NCBI GenBank assembly: GCA_905178155.1
Contig: CAJINV010000002.1
Span: 6,552,476-6,616,475 of the forward strand
Reading direction: 5' to 3'
DNA: 64,000 bases
Source: Amoebophrya sp. A120
Lineage: Eukaryota > Protista > Dinoflagellata
The notes beneath the pieces were generated by a model. It was not told the origin of the DNA, did no database searches, and was given only the letters and a program-made list of their open reading frames with translations. Positions 1 through 11,812 of the stretch are shown piece after piece; position 1 is the first letter of the stretch, and every line of letters begins with the position of its first letter. The position numbers and the translations under genes were made by a program.

Positions 1-764
1 GACAGTGTACTCAGTCTCTATTGGTCTTCATTTGAGTACACACGTACGTATGTGAAAATCACCCGCTTTCTATTTTCTTTTCGTCAGAAGTGAAGGGCGA
101 CTTGTGTCTGCTCTTCAAACACCTTCCTTACTACATAGAATCATCGAGGAGCGGGTATGCACGTGCTCTTTGCAGGGTCCGTGTGCAAACAAGCGAAAAT
201 GACGAAAATGTTATATGATACTCCACAGTAAAAGTTTTTTTTGTTATTTCTATTTCCCGGCCATCGGCATGCCAGATGTCACGATTTTTTTGTTTTTGGC
301 ATGGGAAGTAAAAAAGACTGGCTCGAAATTAGCACTTGACGTAGGACGAAGAGCATTCCTTTCATGTATGATCGATAAGTGTGTTTTACCGTTTTGGAAG
401 AAGCAGATTCCACGACTAAGTGCCGGTGCTGTTGGCAATGTGATAAAACATTTCACATCAAGTGTTCGACATGTACGACGATCGTTAATTCCGCGGAATG
501 ACAGCTCAAGCCTTGTAGTTCTTCTTCCCGGGTGATTCGTTTCGAAAAATAGCCATCATAATTGATCTCTGCGGTAGTTTTCATATATGTCTTCTTCCGA
601 CTACGCACTGACATTGTGTTGTGCAAAAAATCAAGTAGGCCTCAGCTGCTCTGAGCGCGAGCCAAACAGAGCAGATCTGCTTCCTGGATCTAAGGGCTGT
701 ATGCTCATGTTTGTCTACTGATATTATTCTTGAGAAAATTTCAGTTTTTTACAAGTAAAAGAGA

Positions 765-3700
765 ATGCATTTCGTGTTTCTTTGTGCCTCTAGTACAACT
801 AGAGGAACGACCAGGCGGGCGACCTCCTCGTCGTCTAGTTCTGCCAAACGCTTTTTCTCCAGCGCGTCATCTGCCGTGGCAGGCAGTTCCTCCTTCGCAG
901 CCGAGTCTAACAGCAGCTTGCGCCGTAGGGCACGGAAGCTGGGTGTGAACCCAGCCGCCGCGCTATTTCAGCAGCATGATGATCAAATACTGCAGCCCCC
1001 GTCTGGAAGTAGTAGTAGAACAGGACAGAAACAGATGCAGACCAACGCCAACGATCCCAACTTGGATGCGGAATTCAACAACGAACTGAAGCGGCGTGCG
1101 CGGCCAAAGGGGAAGGAGAAATACCGAATCACGCAAGACTTTCTCGAGGCGGAAAAAGAGGAGCGAGACACGGTGCTGATGCCCAAAGACAACGTGCTCG
1201 AATCGCTGCAGAAAAAAGCGGTGGAGACCAAAGCGGAACTGAAGGCGAAGAAGATCCGCTTGCAGGAGAAGGAGCGCATTGCGCGCTCGAAGGTGGTCCC
1301 AGAACTCGGGTTCTGCAGGATCCCGCCCAGGAATGTCAACAAACGGAGTTGGTCGGAGGAAAGTTTATTGCAGGATGAAAATGATGGTTCCGGCTTCCGG
1401 CAAGAAGCAGAAGATATTAATAACGGCGACAAGTCTACTTCATCATGCACCTCCGCTCGCGAAGGACGAGAAAAGGAAAACCAAACCGCCGAAACCGGGA
1501 GTACGTTGGCTAGTGCACAGGAAGTTGCTGATGCGTATTTTGGTTCTACCAAGCGAGCGTTTCTCGGCCGCGAGGGAACATCAAGATCGACTGACCTAGG
1601 TCACGCGAGGGACAGCACAGCCGGTCGCAGAGCCGTCTCTTCTCGACCTGAGCCGGAGCCGCTGCCGTCGCAGCCGTTGGGAAGAATGACGCCAGACGTT
1701 TTGTTTTCCCGAATAAATAAGTCCGCTCCAAGTAGCAGTGCAAAACTTGTTCCACCCACCTCGGCGTGGTCTCACACCAGCATCATGAGCAGTGCAAGTG
1801 GACGAGGACAGCACCAAAAACACACCGACGACCACAATGCCGTGAAGTCGGTGGGTGGACTGGTCAGGAAATTGTGGAATTTGAACAAGAGTGGAGCTGC
1901 AGCTATTTCTGTAGCGAATCGACCACCAGCACAGAGTTCCTCCAGTTGTGGCTCAGCTTCAACATCACAAGAAATTTTCGAAATCCTAGACAGATTGAAA
2001 AACAAGCCAAAAACAGACTTCACCCTGCGCCACTTGTCGGTGTTGTTGATTTGCTGCACAAAGTCGCTGGACTTAACTTCTCCGGTCGCGCAGTCCTACA
2101 GTCGGTATTTTTTCGAAATTCTGCGGGATAGGATTTTGGTCGAAGTTTGGGAAAAGCAGGAAATAAAGAAGAAGATGAACACTCCTGCAGCACAACAGCC
2201 GGCGAACTTGTCGTCGACACGCGCCGCCTACAGTGCTTCTTCTACAACCGGTGCTCTGGAGAATGCATTGCAGCGCGGACTACAGGAGAGCCACTCTTTG
2301 ATGCTTCCTTCCGACGTTTTGGTGATGACGTTGCGAGCTTGTGCGAGTTTTTTGGACCCGGTTAGCTATTTGTGGAAGTTTGAAATCGAGAATCTCGACG
2401 TCAATCCCAATGCTTGTGATGGAGAAGATGATCAAGGTCTAGACCAAGAGCTCGCGACGTCACCACAAGAAAACCGAACACCAAGCACGGAAAATACTGC
2501 CTGGACAGGTTGTAGTAGTACACCACTCTCGGCACGACCAGGTGGAACAACTACAAGCACAACGCCGCCGAGCCTTTCCCTGGAGGAGCTGTCGAGGCAA
2601 ATCGCGAAAGAAAAGAAGGAGCAGATTCGGCTGACCAAAGTGAAACACGTGGAATTGTTGAAGTGCTTAGCTACCGAAGTGAAAAAGCGGCTGAATGCCG
2701 TGTTAGTCTTCAGGACAAATCTGGAAATTGCAAATGAGCAGTCCCCCGGGGTGGTGGAACAAGAAGACCACGAGCGAAAAGAGGCTCAGAATAAACAGCA
2801 AAGAAACGATCCCCACACCTGCCGTGCCGCCGAGCCAGGAGTTACCGCCCTAACCACGCCGGAACTGGTTCAAGTCGTTTCCTCATTCGCAAGGCTGAAG
2901 TTTTACGACTCGGACCTGTTCAAGGCTATCAGACGGTATACGAAGTCGCATCTCAACCAGTTTACGATCCGCCAGGCTGCGTTCTTCGCCCGCGCGATTC
3001 TGGAAAACGACCAGGAGGCAAGTTTCAGCAACTACGGGCACCGCATGCTGGCGATACGCTGCTTCTTGGAAGAGGAAATGGAAATCAATAAGCCGAGAAA
3101 TCGGTTTTTGGAAATGATTTTGGAAGCGGTCTTTCTACACCAGGACATCAAGATGAATCATGCAGCACAAGGAGCAAAAGCGACGTCTTCTTCACCGTCT
3201 ACTTCAACCGTTGCTGACGTGGCGGATCTGATAAAAGCGATCGGCTACTATGAGTTTGAGAACGACGAAATCAAGCCAAAAGTAATCGAGTTTGCCCTTA
3301 CTATGATACCAAGCATGCCGGCGTTTGAGCTGGCACGGTGCGGCATCGCAGTCGCGGAAATGATCGAAGCGGAAGACCGGTTTTATGGTACAGACAAAAT
3401 GCAAGACAATTCTGATTTCTCATCGTCCTCTTTCCAGCTACACCCGGATTGTGATGCTGCGTCAGATTGTTCTTCTCTAGAAAGACAACGCGTACTAGGA
3501 GTCCTTGAGCTCGCGTCTGCGGTCCTAGAAGCTTGCAACGCTGTTCTTTCCGCACGTACTTCACGCTCAGTAGGCACAAGAAGAGCAGTAGAACCCTTTT
3601 CAACAACATCTTCTGCATCTTCCACACAACAGGTGACTGACGAGGGCGAGCACAACATCCAAGCCGTCGCTGGAAGAACCGTAGCGGAGGGGACGAATTT

Positions 3701-6341
3701 GTCTCCCACCCAAGTTGCGCAACTTCTGTACACCATTGGGACGCTGTCGAGGTTTCTTCACGACAGACGGACGCATGTTCTGTCCAAGGCCGCTGCAGCT
3801 GCGCGGCACGATCTGAATCTTGATACCCTCCTCGAGAAAACGTTTTTGGACGGGAAGGCCCTGTCGACTTGGTATCCAGAGAGCACCGTACTTGCAATAG
3901 CCGGATTGACGAATCTCTCCTCGTGCTTCTTGTGCGCGACAACAAATTCGAAACAGAAGAGTGTTGAGAACTGCATGGAACCGGTCGCTACGCTTCTAGA
4001 GCAGTTGCTGAAGCAGCTCCGTAGGCACGTCTGTTTTCTGACCACCGAGGAATGCTTGCTGCTGATGCAGAGCTTCAAGGACTTAGCGGTAAACTCGGCA
4101 ACAGAACACGCAGTGAAAGCGGTAGCGTCGTTGCATCCGAGAGATGATTTTTTCTCGCAAAATAAGGAAGGAGGTAAAAACGCCAGCCGGTACTTCAAGC
4201 AAGCCTGTGTCAGCTACTCGAAAAAGAACGGGCTTTTACCACTTCAGGCCGTCATGCGGGGAGAGAGTATGAAGACGGTGTGTGAAGAAGTGTCTAAACA
4301 GCTGCTCGGAAATCGCTTGGGAGGGGCTTTTGGCATGTTGGATCGGGTGGTGTTTCTCCAAGTATTGGAAACGGTGTTCGGAACCACAGAAAGGGTACAT
4401 GCCGGAAATTTTTTCTCCGCAATGCAGCTACCAAGGAGCACGACTACAACCACAGAAAGAGTTTCTGGCGGCGATAGCTGCCGGCAAAGCACATTATTAC
4501 AACCGATCGCTTTCGAGTCATGGCTTAGAAGTGTGCAGCGCCAGGTTGAACGAAGTTTCGTCCTCGGGAGATTTCTACTTCCTGGTACTAACGGTGTCGG
4601 AGAGATAAGAACGTCAGCGGCGGCGGTGGCGAAAAAGGAGAAAACGAAAAGTGAAGACACAATCCCGCAAGATGCAGCAGCTTCTGCGGAGACTAAACCA
4701 GCGTGTTTGGAAACTTTGCTGTTTGAAAGCTTGTCCAAAAAGCCAGCGGTTTTTTCCTCGAAGCAGAATGTGATTGCGTTCAAGAACAAGGCAACAGCTC
4801 TGGCGAGCAGGCCACTGATTTTCTCGTTCACCAGAACAGAAATTCTGCGCATCATGGAGGTTTTTGCAGCCGGGTTACTAGAGAAACCATACCACGGGAT
4901 GAAGAAGGAAAAGATGCAGCTACTACGCGAAGAACGTGGTGAACTACATGGTGATCAGTTGTTCCACAGCCTGATGCAATCCGATGCTGCCAGTACGAAC
5001 GAGGCTGTTCTTTCTGGTTCAAAACGGTTTGACACGTCGAAGGGCAAGGGGAGGACGACGCGGTTGTCGTTTTGTCAACTTCTGGACGCAAAGTGCTCGG
5101 AGTTTTTACCTCGTCAAGAACCGACAGAGGAAGGGCATTGCCAATTAGTTGCGACAGCAGGATCAGGAATCAAGCCTGCAATCGCCGACTTCTGGTGCCG
5201 GCTTGTCTGTGCGCTCGCGGTTCTGGGCGTACGATTAGATTGCGTTGGGAAGATTTCAGAAGCTCAGTGGCTGGAAATGATAAAGCTGCAAGATGAACAG
5301 CAGGATGAATTGCGGGGTCGAAACTTCGACGCGCGGACTGGAGAAAACAAAACCTCGCAGCATCACAGCTCTCCACCGCCTGCTGCTAGCTCTAAAACCG
5401 TTTTTGCCCTTGTGGAATTAGGACTTCTGAAGAAAACCAACCGAGTTGAAGGATTTTTGGACCAAGTAGCGAGTGGAGATGGCGATGATGATGTTTCCAG
5501 TCACTGGCTAAGATACGTTTGGTGCACGGCACAAAATGGCGGCGCGGATAAGCCGAGTGGAGCTTCGTGTTCATCAAGACGTACGGTAGAGGATATCTGC
5601 TTTTCAACAGCGACAGATTTCCTAGAACAGACATTGCTGGCACAAATACGTTTGGAGTTGAGCGCTAGATCCGCGCGGGGTGCAGCTGTAACAAGGGAAG
5701 GAAACATACAAACTAGCAGAGCAAATTCCACACCTTCGTCCCGTCCTTTATCCCGCGAAGAACGGGCGGTCCTTGCGGTGTTGGCGACGAAGGGCGTGGC
5801 GCACATTCCACAGTACAGAATTGCGATGTCTAGAAGTTCTGCAAAAGACGCTTGCAATCCGTACGGAACAACAGCAGTCTTACCTTATCGAAACGAAGTC
5901 TTGTTGATTCACGACGATATTCCGCCGGAGAGAAGTCAATGCTCTGCCAGCGGCGATAATGCTTTGGCAGAATTTCGACCTGAAAACCTCTCTCCTGTGA
6001 TTCACAAAGTGTCCCCGCCGCCCGCGAAGTGGCTCGCTGAAGTTCTTTCTTCGGAAAGACCTCCGGCTAACAGACAAGCAGAAACTGGTGGTCACGACGG
6101 TGATACGGAGGACACAGAACAAAATGGTAAGACCGCATCGGCGTCTCTGTTGACACTCCGGGAAACAACTAGGATTCAAGAGAGGCAGATCCTGGAGTAT
6201 GGTTGTACCTCTGACATCGGGGCAGCCGGTAGCACAAGCAATGTCGCGCGGGTGATCTCGATCATGCGGTCTGAAGTCAAAAAAGCCATGTTGCGACGAA
6301 AGTTGGAGGAGTTTGTAGAGGAGCGGATAATGATGTTGTAG
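765..6341 (+). CDS. Large intronless protein, probable organelle-targeted helical-repeat (HPR/OPR-like) RNA-binding protein with a possible degenerate C-terminal RAP-like region
   Basis: 1858-aa ORF. Arg/Ser-rich N-terminus (KRFFSS) resembles a mitochondrial presequence. Helical repeats such as LTTPELVQVVSSFARLKFYDSDLF, MPAFELARCGIAVA and LSPTQVAQLLYTIGTL. Functional call is by motif resemblance only. Confidence 0.55.
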   Translation: MHFVFLCASSTTRGTTRRATSSSSSSAKRFFSSASSAVAGSSSFAAESNSSLRRRARKLGVNPAAALFQQHDDQILQPPSGSSSRTGQKQMQTNANDPNLDAEFNNELKRRARPKGKEKYRITQDFLEAEKEERDTVLMPKDNVLESLQKKAVETKAELKAKKIRLQEKERIARSKVVPELGFCRIPPRNVNKRSWSEESLLQDENDGSGFRQEAEDINNGDKSTSSCTSAREGREKENQTAETGSTLASAQEVADAYFGSTKRAFLGREGTSRSTDLGHARDSTAGRRAVSSRPEPEPLPSQPLGRMTPDVLFSRINKSAPSSSAKLVPPTSAWSHTSIMSSASGRGQHQKHTDDHNAVKSVGGLVRKLWNLNKSGAAAISVANRPPAQSSSSCGSASTSQEIFEILDRLKNKPKTDFTLRHLSVLLICCTKSLDLTSPVAQSYSRYFFEILRDRILVEVWEKQEIKKKMNTPAAQQPANLSSTRAAYSASSTTGALENALQRGLQESHSLMLPSDVLVMTLRACASFLDPVSYLWKFEIENLDVNPNACDGEDDQGLDQELATSPQENRTPSTENTAWTGCSSTPLSARPGGTTTSTTPPSLSLEELSRQIAKEKKEQIRLTKVKHVELLKCLATEVKKRLNAVLVFRTNLEIANEQSPGVVEQEDHERKEAQNKQQRNDPHTCRAAEPGVTALTTPELVQVVSSFARLKFYDSDLFKAIRRYTKSHLNQFTIRQAAFFARAILENDQEASFSNYGHRMLAIRCFLEEEMEINKPRNRFLEMILEAVFLHQDIKMNHAAQGAKATSSSPSTSTVADVADLIKAIGYYEFENDEIKPKVIEFALTMIPSMPAFELARCGIAVAEMIEAEDRFYGTDKMQDNSDFSSSSFQLHPDCDAASDCSSLERQRVLGVLELASAVLEACNAVLSARTSRSVGTRRAVEPFSTTSSASSTQQVTDEGEHNIQAVAGRTVAEGTNLSPTQVAQLLYTIGTLSRFLHDRRTHVLSKAAAAARHDLNLDTLLEKTFLDGKALSTWYPESTVLAIAGLTNLSSCFLCATTNSKQKSVENCMEPVATLLEQLLKQLRRHVCFLTTEECLLLMQSFKDLAVNSATEHAVKAVASLHPRDDFFSQNKEGGKNASRYFKQACVSYSKKNGLLPLQAVMRGESMKTVCEEVSKQLLGNRLGGAFGMLDRVVFLQVLETVFGTTERVHAGNFFSAMQLPRSTTTTTERVSGGDSCRQSTLLQPIAFESWLRSVQRQVERSFVLGRFLLPGTNGVGEIRTSAAAVAKKEKTKSEDTIPQDAAASAETKPACLETLLFESLSKKPAVFSSKQNVIAFKNKATALASRPLIFSFTRTEILRIMEVFAAGLLEKPYHGMKKEKMQLLREERGELHGDQLFHSLMQSDAASTNEAVLSGSKRFDTSKGKGRTTRLSFCQLLDAKCSEFLPRQEPTEEGHCQLVATAGSGIKPAIADFWCRLVCALAVLGVRLDCVGKISEAQWLEMIKLQDEQQDELRGRNFDARTGENKTSQHHSSPPPAASSKTVFALVELGLLKKTNRVEGFLDQVASGDGDDDVSSHWLRYVWCTAQNGGADKPSGASCSSRRTVEDICFSTATDFLEQTLLAQIRLELSARSARGAAVTREGNIQTSRANSTPSSRPLSREERAVLAVLATKGVAHIPQYRIAMSRSSAKDACNPYGTTAVLPYRNEVLLIHDDIPPERSQCSASGDNALAEFRPENLSPVIHKVSPPPAKWLAEVLSSERPPANRQAETGGHDGDTEDTEQNGKTASASLLTLRETTRIQERQILEYGCTSDIGAAGSTSNVARVISIMRSEVKKAMLRRKLEEFVEERIMML

Positions 6342-7082
6342 ACACCATATTTCCGCGTACGCGTTATTTTTTCCAAAAAGTTGGTATTGTCAAAATCTAA
6401 CGACTAAAATCAAAAGAAAAAACTAACGCTGAACAAGTCGATCTATTTTTGAACCCCTGTGCTCAAGAGCGATCAAAGAAAAGTGAATTCAAAATCTCTG
6501 CTCAGTATTTCCGCATCAGAACAAGTGTTCCACTTAGCAACAGCCGCAGCGTTTTTTTTCTTTCGCACACTCATGCATTGCGGTTTCCCGGATCCGGAAT
6601 GACACACGATTTCCCTTTTATTTGTACAGAATGAATTTTTCTGCTACTTTCTTTTCAGGTGACGGCGTTTCTTTTACTGTGAACTGTATCTCCAGAAGCT
6701 TAGATTTTACTTTCTCTGGTCAGCTATTCGTTTTCTTTTTCTTTTCCAAAATCGACGCGAGCGCATTTGCTTTTTTTTGACTTTCGCAATTAATTGTTTT
6801 GAGAGTTTGGCTTTGGACTTTTTGGAACTTTATACATCGTTGTGATTTTTTGTTTTTTCCGCTCGTACACACTCAGCTCACAAGTGCTTTGACTTTGAAA
6901 CCTGTTCTAGTCTCTTTCTTCTCTCAATATTGTTGTGCACTTTATGTTTGAGGACCACAATCAGCTCTAAGATCAATATTACCATCTGAAAAGCAAAATG
7001 CAGCTTCTTTCTTTGAATTTACCGTATCTCCTTCTTTTTAAACTTTCTAAACTCCATCAGCCGAGCCACCGCAGCCTCCCCG

Positions 7083-9449
7083 GTGCACTCGGCGTTTTTT
7101 CTTCCTTCAGGTAGTCCTGCCGCGGGTGCGTATTTGGGTTGGCCTGCGTCTCTGCCGACTGCACAGCATGGATCTGGACTGTGGTCGGATCAAGCAGGCA
7201 ATTGGGAGAGAGCAACGTCAACGCCGACGCACAACGTAGCACAAGGGATTGCCGCTGGCAAAAGCCCCTCTACTTCCGCGAGCAGCAGCAGAGAATTACG
7301 GCTCTCGGCGTTTTTTCCCGAGGATGCAGCGGCAGCACCTGGAACCACTACCACACGTGAAGATGCGAACACTAAGAACCCCCCGAAAAGCCCCGGCGCG
7401 GCAAACACAACGCCAGTGGTGGAGGTGAAGCTGGATGATCACTTTCCCGAAAGGCAGAGTCCGGTGAATGCTGCTCACAGTGCGCAGCTGCAAGAGCGGC
7501 ATCCGATAGAAAAGAAAATTCGGAGTAAAAATACCGCGTCCTCCTCAGCCTCCTCTTCTCCCACAAATCATGTGCAGATGCAGAGAAAACACGTTACAGT
7601 TACAGAGATCCACGCCTGCCACTTTCCACGAGCGTCGGAAGGCATGGTGACGGGAAGAGGAGAGCGCGCCGAGGATGTGTTAACTATGGAGGAGAAAATC
7701 GCATTGGGAATCAAGACCGACCCGATTCTACAATTGTTGTGCGGGCGTCGGAAGCAGCATAACAAGCATACGGGAACACCGACGCGCGATGAAGGAGAGG
7801 ACGTAGGCAGAATTGATCAGGAGAGTCCTGTTTCTTTACGCATCAAGAGCCCTCCTATTAGTACGACCCCGGGGACTGCTCCTGCTGTTTTACCTCTGTA
7901 TTCATCTCGGTCAGCAATGCCCATAGAAGATGACGAGGCGCTCCAGCAGAACTGCTTTTACACGACCAATACAGACCCGCAGTACGTCATCCAACAACCC
8001 ACGGCAGTTGCTAGCGCTTGTGCACCGCCACCAGGTCTCGTGCACCCGGAAACCATAGCGGAAACGACCACGACGCCCACTAGTTTGGGTAGTAAAACTT
8101 CGTCTTCATCTCCGTCATCACGGGAACTACCATATCGGAACAAAGTCAACAGTGGAGGCAGTTCTGTCGCTCCGCATGTAGTTTCTCTTTTTTCCACAGC
8201 ACTGGCGAGGTCTCCTAGAAGCCTTTGTAGAGGTGGTAGAGGTGGCAGGCGGGCGGGAAATAAAGATGGGATGAGCCTGACGGGCAAGAGCAACTCCGAC
8301 ACGCTTGAGCGTCCCTCCTCTTGGAGCAGATCTGCCACGACGCCGGCACCAGAAATCCCGTCCACTACCAGGCGTGCGCGGCCAGGGGGAATCGCAAGCT
8401 ACGACCTAGAGATGACCTCCTGGTGCACCAGGAATAATCGCAACGGTGTTGAGCCTCGATCTGTTTTCGTTGGCAGGGATGTCAAAGAAGCAACGAAACA
8501 AACCTTGCAGACTTCCAACGAGCACTTTTCCATCCTCGACGCGGATCTGCTCGACCATCCGAAGGTTGTGACACCCATGAATACAACGTCCGAACGAGGA
8601 GAGCTTACGCCTGCGTCTCGCAGTACTAACGGTGTTCAGATGAATATGCAGCACCAACAGGCAGCTTCTACGTTTCGCCAGCATCGGAGAATGGCGAAGA
8701 CGTCTGTGACTTCATCGGGGTCCTCTCCGACATCTACCGGTACCGCGCAAGATAGCTTTTCGCCTTTTCGACCGGTTTCAGAAGGTGGAGGCGCATCGGC
8801 ACATAATTCGCGCATGACCAGTGACGCGATTGCGGAGTTCTGGTTGAGCGACTGTTTTCTGGAAGGGAATGAGCAATATTTTGAAGAAGGTAATAGTGAA
8901 GGTAGAGGCGGTCAAGTAGACGCACGATATTATCTTCACAACCCAGCACAGCAGGAAGAATTCCGACTAGGACCGCGGACGAACGAAAACGAAAAGACCC
9001 TGCATCTTCCGCATGACATCCAGCAACAGCACGACCTCGATCGAGCGAAGATGCGGCAGGTGTTAGACAAAACTACACTCGAGGAGCTGGTGCGCGAAGA
9101 GGCGGCGTTGGAGAAAGGGGAAACAGCACCGAGGTATGATTTTTTCGGAAAAGCGAAAACTACCAAGAGCGCCACTTTATTTGCGGAAGAAGGACGAGCA
9201 CGAGACTCTGTTTCTGCCAACACTCGCGCAGCTTCATCAACGGATCATGATACCACTACGCCATTGTCTGCACTCGAAGAGGATCCCGACTCCAAGTTTT
9301 ACCAGACTGCTGTCAACCTGCTGCTCACGCCCGCGACGGAGAGCCATGCGGATGGGGTGTTCTTCGATAAAGACCACAAGGAAGCAATCAGCTTCGACTC
9401 GGAGCCCATGTACGTGAAGGTGAATCGAGCAAGTGCTGACAGTGATTGA
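7083..9449 (+). CDS. Hypothetical low-complexity (Ser/Thr/Pro-rich) protein; 5' end uncertain
   Basis: 788-aa ORF on the same strand as all neighbours; no recognisable domain; GTG start suggests an upstream exon. Confidence 0.6.
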   Translation: MHSAFFLPSGSPAAGAYLGWPASLPTAQHGSGLWSDQAGNWERATSTPTHNVAQGIAAGKSPSTSASSSRELRLSAFFPEDAAAAPGTTTTREDANTKNPPKSPGAANTTPVVEVKLDDHFPERQSPVNAAHSAQLQERHPIEKKIRSKNTASSSASSSPTNHVQMQRKHVTVTEIHACHFPRASEGMVTGRGERAEDVLTMEEKIALGIKTDPILQLLCGRRKQHNKHTGTPTRDEGEDVGRIDQESPVSLRIKSPPISTTPGTAPAVLPLYSSRSAMPIEDDEALQQNCFYTTNTDPQYVIQQPTAVASACAPPPGLVHPETIAETTTTPTSLGSKTSSSSPSSRELPYRNKVNSGGSSVAPHVVSLFSTALARSPRSLCRGGRGGRRAGNKDGMSLTGKSNSDTLERPSSWSRSATTPAPEIPSTTRRARPGGIASYDLEMTSWCTRNNRNGVEPRSVFVGRDVKEATKQTLQTSNEHFSILDADLLDHPKVVTPMNTTSERGELTPASRSTNGVQMNMQHQQAASTFRQHRRMAKTSVTSSGSSPTSTGTAQDSFSPFRPVSEGGGASAHNSRMTSDAIAEFWLSDCFLEGNEQYFEEGNSEGRGGQVDARYYLHNPAQQEEFRLGPRTNENEKTLHLPHDIQQQHDLDRAKMRQVLDKTTLEELVREEAALEKGETAPRYDFFGKAKTTKSATLFAEEGRARDSVSANTRAASSTDHDTTTPLSALEEDPDSKFYQTAVNLLLTPATESHADGVFFDKDHKEAISFDSEPMYVKVNRASADSD

Positions 9450-10765
9450 CTGCACTCGACGTACTGGTGATGGAGGACAAGGGGACATGGACATATTTTT
9501 CTGTTTCAACGACAACGTCAAGGTCTCTGTCTTTCTCGCCGGTCGTAAGCAGTAAGCTCTTGATACATAAAACTGGGCTGCGGATCTTGATCTTGGTATG
9601 AGAGCAAATAGGTGCAGCACCATCGTGATTGGCATTTTTTTGCTACTTGTGCAAGAACTGCAACAAATTGGATCCCCGGCGTATTTCTCGATTTTGAAAC
9701 TCAGCGCGCGACTGAACCTCTTCCCCCCCCCCGCATATATGCATACACATACTATATTATTACTATTATAATTTATATTTATTATTACTATTATACCTTA
9801 TTATAATAAAAAGTATATAGTCATAATATAACATAAAAAATAAAGTAGTACTATAATACGCACGCCATAAATCTGCAATCCACCGCAACCCTCCGCAACC
9901 CTCCGCAACCCTCCGCAACCCACCGCAACCCTCCGCAACCCACCACAACCCTCCGCAACCCCCCGCAACCCTCCTCCCCCCGCTCCTCTGGTGTTTCCTT
10001 ACTCCCCCCGCTTGTTGTATGTGATCTGCTATGTATGTAGTAGCTTTGTTTTTTCTTTTTTTTTTGAAAGAGTAAAAAAAATGTATAGAGCAGAAGTAAA
10101 CTACGAGGCTTTAGCGTGCGATCTGGGTAGACCCAGAAACCAGCACAACCTTTCGCAACCCACCACAGCCCCCCGCTCCTCTGGTGTTTCCCTACTCCCC
10201 CCGCTTGTTATATGTGACGCGTTATGTATGTAGTAGCGTTGTTTCTTTTTTTTGTTTAAGAATGAAAAAAAAAAAATCTAAAGCATGAGCAGCATGCTAT
10301 GAGGCTGCAACGATCTGGGTAGATCCAGAAACCAACGCAACCCACCGCAACCCTTCGCAACCCTCCAAAACCCACCGCAACCCTCCATAACTCTCCGCGA
10401 CCCTCCTTCCCCCGCTCCTCTGGTGTTTCCTTACTCCCCCCGACGGTGATATGTGATCTGCTACGTATGTAGTAGATTTTTTTTTTTAAAGAAGCAAAAA
10501 AAAAATTTAAAGCATAAGGAGCCTACGAGGCTCCCGCGATCTGGGTAGACCCAGAAACCAGCGAAACCCCCCGCAACCCACGGCAACCCTCCGCAACCCC
10601 CCCCCAGGCTCCTCTGGTGTTTCCTTACTCCTCCCGCTTGTTATATGTGGCGCCCTACGCACCTCGTAGCGCTGTTTCTTTTTTTGTTTCAGAATGAGAA
10701 AAAGCATAAAGCACAAATAAGCTCCATACTATGAGGCTGCAGCGATCTGGGTAGATCCAGAAACC

Positions 10766-11812
10766 TATACAAGTGCTCAGCTCCCCCTCCCCCTCAAAAT
10801 ATTGATATTGGAATATTTATTTGGTTACCAAATAGCGCGCTTCTATGTCACCAAATAGTGCGCTTTTATGTCATCAAACCGTGCACGTTTCGACCTCAAA
10901 TGCGGAGCGCTTGCGTTGCTTTTTGTGCGACCAAAAGCGTCGCAAAAGTTTGCAGTCTCTCGCTATGTTGTGAAAGCTAATCGCGATGCTTTGGGCTCAC
11001 TCCCCCTCGCCAAGGCTGTCCGCTTCCCCTCATGAGGGGGAGTGGGCCCATAGCATCGCGATTAGCCATCAAAGTGTAATATTTTTTGCTCCTTTTTGGC
11101 GGTTCGCAGCTCCGAGCCCAAAAAGTCGCTGATTTGAATGACAAAAAGTGGATGATTTGAATGAAAAAGCGAGCGCTTTTTTAATTTTTTTCTAGGAGCT
11201 AGACTGCATGCTATGGGGGCGATTTGCCGGGGCCAAAGCGCTGCAATTTCCGCTAATCGCGATGCTATGGGCTCACTCCCCCTCACCAAAGCCGTCCACT
11301 TTCCCTCATGAGGGGGAGTGGGCCCATAGCATCGTGATTAGCGATCAAAGAGTAATATTTTTTGAGCTCACTTCCGAGGTCGCAAAAAAGTCGCTGATTT
11401 GACGACACAAAAAGTGGCGATTTGGCGAGCATTTGCCGGAAGTCTTGCAACTTATCAACTTACACGCAGAAGAAGGCCCGGCATTTTCTTTTGGTTGTTG
11501 CCGTCTCCTTGTTTATTCCTGACGCAGTCATCTGACCCCGATTTCTGCGCCAGGTGTGCGGAGATCACAGGCTCGACCGATCAAAGGCACGAAGACACTC
11601 CGGGTCCGCGACCTTTTGCGACGCGTTTGCTGCCACAAAACGCAACGCGATGGATCGCTGCGCATTTATCGGAGTCGAAACGTGCGCGATTTGATGGCAC
11701 AAAAGTGCAACATTTGGTGACATAAAAGCGCATTATTTGGTAACCAAATAAATTGCGAAATATTACGAAAAAGTAATATTTTGAGGGGGAGGGGGAGCTT
11801 GTCACTTGTATA
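10766..11812. mobile_element. Nested ~1.05-kb MITE-like element with TATAC...GTATA termini and 5-bp TSD
   Basis: Left tatacaagtgctcagctccccctccccctcaaaatatt, right aatattttgagggggagggggagcttgtcacttgtata; imperfect arms extend about 190 bp. TSD aaacc at 10761-10765 and 11813-11817. Removing it restores the host unit gatccagaaaccaacgcaaccc. Confidence 0.9.
10976..11342. repeat. Two copies (10976-11066 and 11252-11342) of a 91-bp long-stem hairpin
   Basis: gctaatcgcgatgct(t/a)tgggctcactccccctc ... gagggggagtgggcccatagcatcg(c/t)gattagc, giving a ~33-bp near-perfect stem in each copy. Confidence 0.88.
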
